Virus record (IMG/VR): IMGVR_UViG_3300021425_000020
Length of the DNA stretch: 64,000 nucleotides
Reading direction: 5' to 3' (one strand)
Source: an uncultured virus (IMG/VR IMGVR_UViG_3300021425_000020)
Taxonomy: Duplodnaviria; Heunggongvirae; Uroviricota; Caudoviricetes
Positions within the stretch are counted from its first letter, which is position 1. Each line of letters starts with the position of its first letter. Shown one piece after another: positions 16,216-25,107 of the stretch. Both the position numbers and the translations under genes were made by a program. Below the pieces are notes generated by a model that was given only the letters and a program-made list of their open reading frames with translations, had not been told where the DNA came from and ran no database searches.

Positions 16216-16994
16216 TTTAATTGATGCCAGTTGTTTCCAATTTTATAACAATGGTATATCTGCTTAACAGTATCTTCAAAGTCTTTCAAGTTTAGCATAT
16301 TAGGGCCGTCACTTGGTGCATTATCTGGATCTGGATGTACTTCTAGAAAAAAGTTGTTAACGCCCATAGCAGCAGCGGCACGGGAAAGACCAGGCACATA
16401 AGACCTATTGCCACCGCTAGAGTCACCTTGTCCTCCAGGTTTCTGGACGCTGTGTGTGACGTCAAATACCACAGGTACACCAGCATTATCAAGCATATAC
16501 TGGATACCAGTAAAGTCAACAACCAAAGTATTATATCCAAAACTAGTTCCTCTCTCTGTTATCCAAACTTCTCGTGCACCTTTGGTTTTACTCAGTATAC
16601 CTTTGATATCCCACGGTGCAAGAAATTGTCCTTTTTTAATATTTACAATACAATCAGTTTCACAAGCTGCACGTATTAAATCCGTTTGTCTACACAAAAA
16701 TGCAGGAATTTGAATTACATCAACAACGTCTTTTATAAGTGAAACTTGATCTACTGCGTGTACATCAGTTAATGTTTTAACATTTAATTGATTTTTTAGT
16801 TCAAAAATATCGTGCTTAAAAGCCCACAAACCTACTCCACGTTTGCCGTTTATACTTGTACGGTTGGCTTTATCAAAGCTGGCTTTGAAGTAATAGTCAA
16901 TATTGTACTTATCACACACACGTTTACATTCACGTGCAATTTCTGCACTTTGTCCTAAACTTTCGTGTTGACAAGGTCCGGCTATAATTCTCAT
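16212..16994 (-). CDS. kdsA: 3-deoxy-8-phosphooctulonate (KDO8P) synthase
   Basis: Motifs IAGPC, FDKANRTS, QIPAFLCRQTD, KKGQF, ERG..FGY, DVTHSVQ.PG and EVHPDP..A.SDG. The start is set by an ATGA overlap with metK. Confidence 0.96.
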   Translation of the reverse strand: MRIIAGPCQHESLGQSAEIARECKRVCDKYNIDYYFKASFDKANRTSINGKRGVGLWAFKHDIFELKNQLNVKTLTDVHAVDQVSLIKDVVDVIQIPAFLCRQTDLIRAACETDCIVNIKKGQFLAPWDIKGILSKTKGAREVWITERGTSFGYNTLVVDFTGIQYMLDNAGVPVVFDVTHSVQKPGGQGDSSGGNRSYVPGLSRAAAAMGVNNFFLEVHPDPDNAPSDGPNMLNLKDFEDTVKQIYHCYKIGNNWHQLK

Positions 16995-18073
16995 TGCCAT
17001 CCAATTTTCTCCCAAGGAACATTTTTATCGCCAAAGTGTCCATATGTACAATTATTACTATACTGATAAAAGTTGAATAAATCAAATCTATCAATAATAC
17101 CTTTAGGTGTTAAATCAATATTGTTTTCGATAAATTTTTGAATACTGCGATTGTGACCATTTGAATCTACATATATACTTGTTGGTTCTTTAACACCAAT
17201 AGCATAACTTAACTGAATTTGACACCAATCTGCCATATCGTCAGCAACAACATTCTTTGCCAACCAACGAGCCATATATGCTGCACTGCGATCTACTTTT
17301 GTAGGATCTTTTCCACTAAATGCGCCGCCACCATGAGGAGCGTAACCACCGTAGGTATCAACAATGATTTTTCGTCCAGTAACTCCGGCATCACCGTCTG
17401 GTCCACCAATAACAAAGTTACCTGTAGGATTAAGATGCCATACAGTATCTTTATCAACTAAATCTCCTAACACATACGTTGCAGCAGAATGAGCCAATGA
17501 TTTTGCTTGATTAATACTGCCTTCTGCGTGTTGTGTACTTATCACAACTTGGTCAATTCGCTTTACACGATTGCCTTCATACTCTACGCTTACTTGAGAT
17601 TTAGCATCTGGTCCTAATACATCGCCACGCATGGTTTTAAGTTGTTTTAGAATTTCGTGCGAATAGTAAATAGGAGCAGGCATAAATGCTTCGTTGTCGT
17701 TGCAAGCATAACCAAACATAAGTCCTTGATCTCCTGCACCAAAGTCATCTGTGCCTAATGCAATGTCTGCACTTTGGCTGTGGATTTCGTTGTAGATGTT
17801 TAGTTTGTCCCAATGAAAACCTTCTTGTTCATAACCAATCTCTCGAACTTTGTTGCAGACGATTTCTCGAACTTCGTCTTTGCTTACGTTGAAGTTTTTA
17901 ACTTCGCCTGCCAACGTAATGTGATTTGTAGTTACAAGTGTTTCAACGGCAACACGAGTTGTTTCATCGCCTGCTTTTAACCCAGCATCAACGAGTGCGT
18001 CCGAGATTTGGTCTGCAACCTTATCTGGGTGTCCTTCGCTAACACTTTCGCTAGTAAAAATATAATTATTCAT
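16991..18073 (-). CDS. metK: S-adenosylmethionine synthetase
   Basis: Motifs FTSESVSEGHPDK, GAGDQG, GGPDGDAGVTGRKIIVDTYGG and GGGAFSGKDPTKVDRS. Confidence 0.98.
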   Translation of the reverse strand: MNNYIFTSESVSEGHPDKVADQISDALVDAGLKAGDETTRVAVETLVTTNHITLAGEVKNFNVSKDEVREIVCNKVREIGYEQEGFHWDKLNIYNEIHSQSADIALGTDDFGAGDQGLMFGYACNDNEAFMPAPIYYSHEILKQLKTMRGDVLGPDAKSQVSVEYEGNRVKRIDQVVISTQHAEGSINQAKSLAHSAATYVLGDLVDKDTVWHLNPTGNFVIGGPDGDAGVTGRKIIVDTYGGYAPHGGGAFSGKDPTKVDRSAAYMARWLAKNVVADDMADWCQIQLSYAIGVKEPTSIYVDSNGHNRSIQKFIENNIDLTPKGIIDRFDLFNFYQYSNNCTYGHFGDKNVPWEKIGWQ

Positions 18074-18341
18074 TATTGTCCTTTATCAAGTAATATATGT
18101 CTAGTAATTTTTTCATTTGTGTTTGTAGTGTATGACTAGTTTTACTAAGTTCCATCATATCTTGCCAGTCTGCATAGCTAAACAAATTTCCAGTTGCCTT
18201 ACTAACAGCATCAGCATCACCGCCTATAATCCATCTGTCGTACAACTCATTGTACGGATGATCTCGATACCTTGCGTAAACTACGCCATCGGCACGTTCG
18301 TAAATTAGTGCCTGGCCGGGTATCAAGTCAGGTGCCTTCAT
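18066..18341 (-). CDS. hypothetical protein (91 aa)
   Basis: Translationally coupled ORF within the operon. Confidence 0.7.
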   Translation of the reverse strand: MKAPDLIPGQALIYERADGVVYARYRDHPYNELYDRWIIGGDADAVSKATGNLFSYADWQDMMELSKTSHTLQTQMKKLLDIYYLIKDNNE

Positions 18342-18883
18342 TTTTCTAACACTACAATGTATTTTACTATATGAATGTTTTGTCCTTGTATAACCTTGTC
18401 TTTTTCTTTAACTTCTTCAAATACAAATTTCCAATTGTATTTTGAAAGTTTATTTTTCCACCATTCGGGCGTTTCTATAATTAGATGTGCATTTCTACCA
18501 TCTTGTAATTTCTTTTTAGCAGGATGACAGGCAATTAAATGATATTGATATTTTGCTGCGATGTTAAACAAAACATCTAATGTATCATCTATGTACATTG
18601 GTTCAACGTGTTCTAAAACATCGCTACTATAAACAATATCAGCTTGTGTAGGAAGTTTGATAGGTGCTGTAACTGGATCATAAGAATATACATCAATATT
18701 GCTGTTAAAGTCTTTTACAGTTTGACTAAATTTTCCTTTACCACAACCAAAATCTAATAAACTTTTTACATTTGACAAATAAGGCTGTAACACCTTTGGA
18801 ACTTTAGCACCTCCACTACCGAAGTCGGTTGTTTTATGTAAATGTTGTAGTTGACCAATATATTGTTTAGAAAGTTGACTCAT
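18338..18883 (-). CDS. class I SAM-dependent methyltransferase
   Basis: Motifs LLDFGCGKG, YDP and DIVYSSDVLEHVEP. Confidence 0.88.
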   Translation of the reverse strand: MSQLSKQYIGQLQHLHKTTDFGSGGAKVPKVLQPYLSNVKSLLDFGCGKGKFSQTVKDFNSNIDVYSYDPVTAPIKLPTQADIVYSSDVLEHVEPMYIDDTLDVLFNIAAKYQYHLIACHPAKKKLQDGRNAHLIIETPEWWKNKLSKYNWKFVFEEVKEKDKVIQGQNIHIVKYIVVLEK

Positions 18884-19224
18884 ACTGTTGTGCCGACAGT
18901 TCTTCTTACAATATCGTTGTGATTAAATTCTGCCCAATACAGCTCAAATGCTACACCATCTTCTAGTCCTTCAAACTGGTGAATAACACCCGGCTTAACT
19001 TGTGTAAATTCACCTGGTCCAAGAATAGTTTCATCGACTAGATCATAATCTTTTTGCCATACACGCACAAGCATTTTGCCTGACTCTACGAAAAAGCCAT
19101 TCCATTTGAATCTGTGTTCGTGCTCACTACATTTGTAGCCACCTTTGAATTCAATGCGATGAAACTCTAGCACACCGTTAGCGTGGATAAGTTCAGTCTG
19201 TCCCCAAATCTTTCCTGCTTTCAT
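18880..19224 (-). CDS. cupin-domain protein (sugar isomerase-like)
   Basis: Motifs CSEHEH..K..F.VESG and PGVIHQF; GGAGA SD. Confidence 0.8.
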   Translation of the reverse strand: MKAGKIWGQTELIHANGVLEFHRIEFKGGYKCSEHEHRFKWNGFFVESGKMLVRVWQKDYDLVDETILGPGEFTQVKPGVIHQFEGLEDGVAFELYWAEFNHNDIVRRTVGTTV

Positions 19225-19233
19225 TTTGTTCTC

Positions 19234-19740
19234 CTATAGTAGTTTACCAAAGTCAATAACTTCACTTTGTCTGTTTATATCTTTTACAAAAAATGCACAT
19301 AACGGATCCTCTCCTTCTATAATTGGTACACTTAATAATTGTCCAGTTTTAAGTTTTGGAAAATACCATTTTACATCATTGTAAAAATTAACTATCTCAA
19401 TGGACCCAAATTTTGGTTTACTACCAGTTAACGGATTAAATAGATATGCTTCAAATCCTCGTTGATTTAAACTGGTCAGCGGTAATACTTCTAAATCACT
19501 TCCTGCCTGACTACAACCAACAGCCAAACACCAATCTAGTGGCATTGTAATTTGGTTACCATTTATTTCTAATACAACAGCAGGCGAACTAAAACTTTCT
19601 AAAAAAATCAGTGGTATAAAAAAGAAATCCGGGTCCTGAGGATTACTATTATCTAGCACACTAAATCTTACACTGTCGTCAACTTCTTCTGGTATTGTAT
19701 TTAAATTAAAACTTTTATTTTCTAATGTTAATATATTCAT
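19234..19740 (-). CDS. hypothetical protein
   Basis: TAATG coupling to the UvsW stop; clean ORF. Confidence 0.75.
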   Translation of the reverse strand: MNILTLENKSFNLNTIPEEVDDSVRFSVLDNSNPQDPDFFFIPLIFLESFSSPAVVLEINGNQITMPLDWCLAVGCSQAGSDLEVLPLTSLNQRGFEAYLFNPLTGSKPKFGSIEIVNFYNDVKWYFPKLKTGQLLSVPIIEGEDPLCAFFVKDINRQSEVIDFGKLL

Positions 19741-21203
19741 TAATTCCAATCTACCTTTTCTATGGTAAATGGGTATTGTGCTTCCTTATAAAACTTTTTA
19801 CGCTGTGTAAGGTGCCGCTTCGCAAACTTACAAGTGCTTGTAAGATCCCATATTTGCACGAAGTCTTTGTCCTTTGCCTTCCTTACGCCTCTACCGATAG
19901 ATTGTATTACCCTAACAAAAGACTTGCCAGGCTCAATGAGGACAAGATTAAAGATACGAGGTATATTGATACCAACAGCCGCAACCCCATAGGTAGCAAT
20001 GACCACCTGATTATCGCCCGTATTAATATCGTCATACGCATCTTTTCTATCCTTTAATTTCACATCGCCTTTTACAAACGTTGATCCTGGTATAAGTTCT
20101 TGTAGCATCTCGCCTGCTGAGATTCTATCTACTAGTATTAGTGTGTTGCCTGAGTCCTTAACTGTATTTAATAATTTGCCTATATATTCAATTCTTTTTG
20201 TATTTGTTGTTAAGTATTTTAATTCTTCTTGATAATTGCTGTGTGCAACTGTGTCAATTAGTTGTACAATATTAACATGACACGTACTAAGTACACCTTT
20301 GTCTTGTAATTCTTTTGCTGTAATTTGCCCAATTACTGGACCTAAACTTGCGTGTATGCTTTCAAACTCAAACTTCTCTTTGGGTACTGTACCTGTTAGT
20401 CCCCAACGAATAGGAGCATTGCGCAAGTTGCGTGTTAATAAATTTTTAAGCACTTCTGCTTTTGCTTGGTGTACCTCATCAACAATAACGGTACTAACGC
20501 CTTCTAAAAACTCTGCTAGTGATAATACTGCTTCGCCATCTTTGTGTCGTTTGTCTAATATGTTCAGCGACTGCCAAGTACAAATAGTGTGTGTTTTGTT
20601 CAACATTTTTCTATCGCCAAAATACACACCTACATCTAATCCACAGTTAATATAATCTTCTTCTGTTTGTTCAACTAGACTTTTGTTAGGTACAATAACA
20701 AGACTGCGTCCATACTTTTCACTCATATGTGATAGTGTAGCAGTTGTAATAGTTTTACCAGCACCTGTGGCAATCTGTTGTAGACTTTGCGGATTGTTTG
20801 CAAAGTTGTTGATTGCTTCAACTTGGTAGTCACGCAGAATGATTTCTTCACCTTCTGCAGGGTGTCCTTTAGGCCAGCACACACCTTGGTCAGCCCAATA
20901 ACGTTCGGTTACTTGCGGAAAGTCAATTTTTATAGGATGTCTATTATCTTCGATATCTACAATACTTACTTTGTTTTTTTCAAGTACATCCGCAATAACA
21001 TCAAGATGATTAACGTAGCCTGTGCCGCCAATACCAAAGAAAGCAACTTTACCGTCCCATCTTCCCAATTTATACTGGGGCATATATCGTGCGTATGGCA
21101 CATCGAATTTGAGAGCATTTGATAACTTACGCCGTACATCTACATCTAGTCCTTCTAGTTTGATGTTTACTTCATCTTCGATGATTAATTTACAGGTTGC
21201 CAA
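19740..21203 (-). CDS. uvsW: SF2 DNA helicase (UvsW-like)
   Basis: Motifs LRDYQ, ATGAGKT, DEVH, GLTGT and IQSIGRGVR. Confidence 0.88.
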   Translation of the reverse strand: MATCKLIIEDEVNIKLEGLDVDVRRKLSNALKFDVPYARYMPQYKLGRWDGKVAFFGIGGTGYVNHLDVIADVLEKNKVSIVDIEDNRHPIKIDFPQVTERYWADQGVCWPKGHPAEGEEIILRDYQVEAINNFANNPQSLQQIATGAGKTITTATLSHMSEKYGRSLVIVPNKSLVEQTEEDYINCGLDVGVYFGDRKMLNKTHTICTWQSLNILDKRHKDGEAVLSLAEFLEGVSTVIVDEVHQAKAEVLKNLLTRNLRNAPIRWGLTGTVPKEKFEFESIHASLGPVIGQITAKELQDKGVLSTCHVNIVQLIDTVAHSNYQEELKYLTTNTKRIEYIGKLLNTVKDSGNTLILVDRISAGEMLQELIPGSTFVKGDVKLKDRKDAYDDINTGDNQVVIATYGVAAVGINIPRIFNLVLIEPGKSFVRVIQSIGRGVRKAKDKDFVQIWDLTSTCKFAKRHLTQRKKFYKEAQYPFTIEKVDWN

Positions 21204-22411
21204 TTACCCCATCCTTTGTCATAGCGTGTTCTAAAGTTACTTAAACTCACATCATTATATAATATTAAATCACAATTAAAGTTAACATAATTTGTAACCA
21301 GTCTATTTGATCTCAAACTTGATTTACATAATGCAGTTATAGGTTTAAAATCTGATTTTAACAAAACCTTAGGTAACTTATCTTTTTTAATATATACTAC
21401 TTTTGTAGATTTGTCTACCCAATTGTTAAGTTGTTTTTCTTTTACAAAATTATTCAAAGCAGAATTTATTTTATCACTGCTTTCTACCCTAAACATAACA
21501 CTTTGTAAATTGTTTGGAATAAATTTACTCAAGGCTATGTGTATTTGTTCAACCTGTTCAAAAGCGTGTTCTTTGTCGACACAGACCAACAATGGATATC
21601 TATCCAAGTAATCTAAAACATTAACTATGTCTTGAAATCCGTATTGCTGTGAGTCTGCAAGCACAGTGGGTTCTTTTCTAAAAGCAACTGTATCTAGTAA
21701 TGTGTCATTAGATTCTTCATCGATAAAAAATCCATATCGTATTGATTTATCTGATATTTTCTTTACATCTCCGTTGTTTACAAAAATGTGTTCATCAATA
21801 TTATAAAAATTATTGTTTTTGTATGTAGGAATATATGAATCTTTATCTTGAATAATTTTTTCTACATTATTTGCAATTTCGATTATATCGTTGTCAGTTT
21901 GCCAGTCGGGGTATATTTGATGCAGTTTATAACAATTTAGAGCGTTCAATTTAAAATAATGTTCGTGAGAATTTTTTTCGTGAAAATATGTTTTAGTATT
22001 GTTAATAGAAATAGCTGCATCTAGTTTTGCAATATATTTTTTGTTAAATGGAAATCTAACTTTAATATATTCGCCATCTTTAAGATTCATATAAGATCTA
22101 TGATGTGCAACAATATCTTCTTTTTTTACAATTGTAATAGATTTTGTTCTATCGATTTGTCTTAATTCGCCTTCTGTATTTTGTATTGCGTACTGCCAAT
22201 TTTTAATTTCTTGTTTTTTAAATTGTGCGGTATAAATTTCTAGTTTTAATTTAAGCAGATTAAATTGTCTATCTGTAAGTGCTACACCTTTGACAATTTG
22301 CCTATCAAAACTGTTGAGTAAATTTACGTCAGAAGACTTTAACACAAAATTGTGTCCGTATTTTCCTAAAACTACTTGTAATAAATCTTCAATATTTTGT
22401 ACTTCAGTCAT
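21185..22411 (-). CDS. hypothetical protein (408 aa)
   Basis: Long AT-rich ORF with its own promoter. Confidence 0.8.
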   Translation of the reverse strand: MTEVQNIEDLLQVVLGKYGHNFVLKSSDVNLLNSFDRQIVKGVALTDRQFNLLKLKLEIYTAQFKKQEIKNWQYAIQNTEGELRQIDRTKSITIVKKEDIVAHHRSYMNLKDGEYIKVRFPFNKKYIAKLDAAISINNTKTYFHEKNSHEHYFKLNALNCYKLHQIYPDWQTDNDIIEIANNVEKIIQDKDSYIPTYKNNNFYNIDEHIFVNNGDVKKISDKSIRYGFFIDEESNDTLLDTVAFRKEPTVLADSQQYGFQDIVNVLDYLDRYPLLVCVDKEHAFEQVEQIHIALSKFIPNNLQSVMFRVESSDKINSALNNFVKEKQLNNWVDKSTKVVYIKKDKLPKVLLKSDFKPITALCKSSLRSNRLVTNYVNFNCDLILYNDVSLSNFRTRYDKGWGNWQPVN

Positions 22412-22416
22412 ATGTT

Positions 22417-22445
22417 AATATAACAAATTATAACCTATTAGTCAA
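22417..22445 (-). promoter_or_regulatory. sigma70-like promoter, leaderless geometry
   Basis: TTGACT-N17-TATATT (TG-extended), then 5 nt to the ATG at 22411. Confidence 0.75.
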
Positions 22446-23279
22446 TCTATTTAAAGGAAGTCCTTGTTTTATTTCAGGAATTGTATATTCAGTCCAAGCA
22501 TAATCATTCAACCATTGTTGCCTATCAGGTTTAACTGGGTTGCCTATTTGTGATAGTTCTTTATTTGCAACTGGCCAAGCTAAACTGCTAGGACCAGTGA
22601 ATACAGGTATGCCGGATATAGCTGCTTGAATACCAGGATTACTACTCCAGTTTATTACTGCAAAGCAATCTTGAAAACTTAAATTAAAATCATCATATGT
22701 ACCTGAAATTTTTATTGGATCAACTCTGTATACGTTTTGGTATTGATGTTCTATTGCTTCTAATCTACATCTAGGATGAGGACGGAAAATAATAGGCATA
22801 TCTGTATAACTTTGAATTTCTTCAATTATACTCATTACCCATTTACTCATTCTTGGCATATTTTGCCATTGTAAACTTTTATCGTGTTGACCACAAATTA
22901 ATATAAATTTGCCATGTTCTTTCCAAGGTTTTAAAAATAACCCCTGACTTTCAGCTCTGCTATTATCCATACCAGTAGGACCAAAATAAGCATCACGATT
23001 AATTCCATTTAACCCTACCTTCCAAGTTGTGCCACGCTTTATACCGCCAACTTCTAACACTATAACAGGTTTGTTTTTTTGCTTACAAGTATTCCAAATA
23101 TGTTTATTGCTACTCATTCGTCCGTGAAACAACACACTCCAGATCACATGAACATCAGCATCATCAATCGAATTACTGTTGCTGATATTGTGACCAGCAT
23201 TACGCAAGCTGAATTCAAAAGCCTCAAAAACAGGCTTTGAATTCATTGCTCCATATTCAGTCCATAATTTAAATTTCAT
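22428..23279 (-). CDS. Capsule_synth (KpsC/KpsS-like) GT-B glycosyltransferase
   Basis: Motifs ILICGQ, IIFRPHP and AVINWSSNPGIQAAISGIPVF. The start is moved to MKFKLW to avoid overlap with the divergent gene. Confidence 0.7.
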   Translation of the reverse strand: MKFKLWTEYGAMNSKPVFEAFEFSLRNAGHNISNSNSIDDADVHVIWSVLFHGRMSSNKHIWNTCKQKNKPVIVLEVGGIKRGTTWKVGLNGINRDAYFGPTGMDNSRAESQGLFLKPWKEHGKFILICGQHDKSLQWQNMPRMSKWVMSIIEEIQSYTDMPIIFRPHPRCRLEAIEHQYQNVYRVDPIKISGTYDDFNLSFQDCFAVINWSSNPGIQAAISGIPVFTGPSSLAWPVANKELSQIGNPVKPDRQQWLNDYAWTEYTIPEIKQGLPLNRLTNRL

Positions 23280-23281
23280 AA

Positions 23282-23303
23282 TTAAATACTCAGTACTATT
23301 TAA
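23282..23303. promoter_or_regulatory. face-to-face pair of TAAATA late-promoter-like motifs
   Basis: TTAAATA-CTCAGTAC-TATTTAA lies in the 36-bp gap between two divergent glycosyltransferase genes. Confidence 0.6.
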
Positions 23304-23315
23304 CAAGGAAGTAAA

Positions 23316-24155
23316 ATGACAGACATAACAGTGGTTACAACATTTCACAAAGAAGGAATGGAAAAATACGGACAACGTTTTTTAGATAGCTTTGGAGAAC
23401 GTGTAAGTAACAAAGTGCAACTGTTAGTATATGCAGAAGATTGTATTCCAAATGTAGAAGCAAGTAATATAACTGTTTTAGATGCAAAAACATCTTTGCC
23501 TAAATTACAAGCTTTTAAAAAACGTTGGGGTAATGTGCCAAAAGCAAATGGTGTATGTCCGCCTGAAATAAAAGCAAAACGTCCAAGAGATTGGATGAAG
23601 GAATTCAAATGGGATGCTGTGCGTTTTGCTAACAAAGTGTATGCTGTTTTTGATGCTTGTGAAAGAAATAAAGACTGGGTTGTGTGGATGGATGCTGATA
23701 CATTTGTTCACAATGATTGGACCTACGATCAGTTCAAAGAATGTTTGCCAGATACCAGCTGGATAACTTATGTAGGTAGAGGCAAAGGATCGCAAACTTG
23801 GCCCGAATGCGGATTTTATGGATTAAATTTAAACAGTCCTATATGCAAAAATTTCTTAGAAGAATTTGAACGAGTATATGAAGATGCAGAAAATGGAATA
23901 TTTTTATTAGAAGAATGGCACGATAGTTATGTATTTGGTGATATTCTTAATACTTGTAAAAGAGTTGCGCCTAACGTGTTAGATTATAGTGCAGAAATGT
24001 ATTTGCGTGAAGCAAAAACAGGCGGCGGCGGGCACCCACTGATTAACACTAAACTGGGCAAATGGATTGATCATATGAAGGGCGACAGAAAAAATACAGG
24101 AAAAAGTTTACCTAAAGATATTATGGTAAAGAGAACTGAAAGTTATTGGAAGTAA
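23316..24155 (+). CDS. GT-A fold glycosyltransferase
   Basis: Motifs RFANKVYA, WMDAD (DxD), ECGF, EWHDSYVF and HMKG; AAGGA SD. Confidence 0.8.
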   Translation: MTDITVVTTFHKEGMEKYGQRFLDSFGERVSNKVQLLVYAEDCIPNVEASNITVLDAKTSLPKLQAFKKRWGNVPKANGVCPPEIKAKRPRDWMKEFKWDAVRFANKVYAVFDACERNKDWVVWMDADTFVHNDWTYDQFKECLPDTSWITYVGRGKGSQTWPECGFYGLNLNSPICKNFLEEFERVYEDAENGIFLLEEWHDSYVFGDILNTCKRVAPNVLDYSAEMYLREAKTGGGGHPLINTKLGKWIDHMKGDRKNTGKSLPKDIMVKRTESYWK

Positions 24156-24174
24156 TTTCTCCATTACTTATACG

Positions 24175-25107
24175 TTACTTAACATATTGTTTTATATGAC
24201 TCCAACATTGTCCGCTTTCTAATTCTTGGAAATTCCAATGGAACATACTAATACGTTGTAACCATTTCAGTCTATCAAATTCTTTAGGATTATCTATATC
24301 ACATAAATCGTGATTAGAAACTTCTGCACATTGACTTTTGGTTGGTTCTGTTACAAATGCATGATATCCTTTTATGATAGGACCTACTATACCACTGCTG
24401 TTTTTATTAACAACTGCATAACAATTTCTTAAATCATTTTCTATATGATTAGAAGGATCGCACATCATAACTTTCTTAAATTTTAAGAAAGGATTATTAC
24501 GTTTGTTTAAAAAGATTTTTGATTTCTTGCACCCCGGATGCGGTCTAATTTTTATAATTCTTTCACATCCAGATTTTCTTATTTTTTTGATGGCCTTTGT
24601 TGTCCAATCAATTACACTTTCTCCGCTCATACTCCAGCCGCCTTCTCGCTGAAGTAATATTAGAATATGACCGCCGCCGTTTTTTTGTTCTTCTAATTTT
24701 ATACCTGTGTGTGTAGATATATTTTTCCAGCGAGTTTCGTCGATGTAATTATCACAATAGATTCCTGTATCTGGAAATACTCCATTTAAACTGTATCTCA
24801 GATATCCGTGAGGATTGGTTTTGTTTGCGTATAAAAATAAATTAGCATCTGCAACGATAGTGTATTTGTTGTTTCTTGCCTGATGTTCTATAACTTTTTT
24901 TCTTAGACTTAAATGGGGAGCTGTTGTATCTGCGTACACCCAACCTTGTATCAATGCAGCATCGCAATCTACAGCATTATAAGATCTAATCAAATCGGAT
25001 TGATCTCCAACTCTTTGTACACCTGTATGAAATTTTAATAGCAGTTCTTCTTTTTGTTTGTTTGTATTACCTCTAGGAACACTTGTTAAATAATTAGCTA
25101 CTCTCAT
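24175..25107 (-). CDS. Capsule_synth (KpsC/KpsS-like) GT-B glycosyltransferase
   Basis: Motifs ILILLQ, IKIRPHP and AVVNKNSS....IIKG; paralogous to 22428-23279. Confidence 0.68.
   Translation of the reverse strand: MRVANYLTSVPRGNTNKQKEELLLKFHTGVQRVGDQSDLIRSYNAVDCDAALIQGWVYADTTAPHLSLRKKVIEHQARNNKYTIVADANLFLYANKTNPHGYLRYSLNGVFPDTGIYCDNYIDETRWKNISTHTGIKLEEQKNGGGHILILLQREGGWSMSGESVIDWTTKAIKKIRKSGCERIIKIRPHPGCKKSKIFLNKRNNPFLKFKKVMMCDPSNHIENDLRNCYAVVNKNSSGIVGPIIKGYHAFVTEPTKSQCAEVSNHDLCDIDNPKEFDRLKWLQRISMFHWNFQELESGQCWSHIKQYVK

Noticed and set aside
14976..18073. Host chromosomal fragment or prophage boundary at kdsB-kdsA-metK
   Set aside because: The genes are compact, translationally coupled to phage-type ORFs and interleaved with T4-like core genes. 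No integrase or att site was seen.
19234..19740. Degenerate Hint/intein-like domain after uvsW
   Set aside because: There is only a vague beta-strand pattern, with no N-terminal Cys/Ser, TxxH or terminal HN. It cannot be supported without a profile search.
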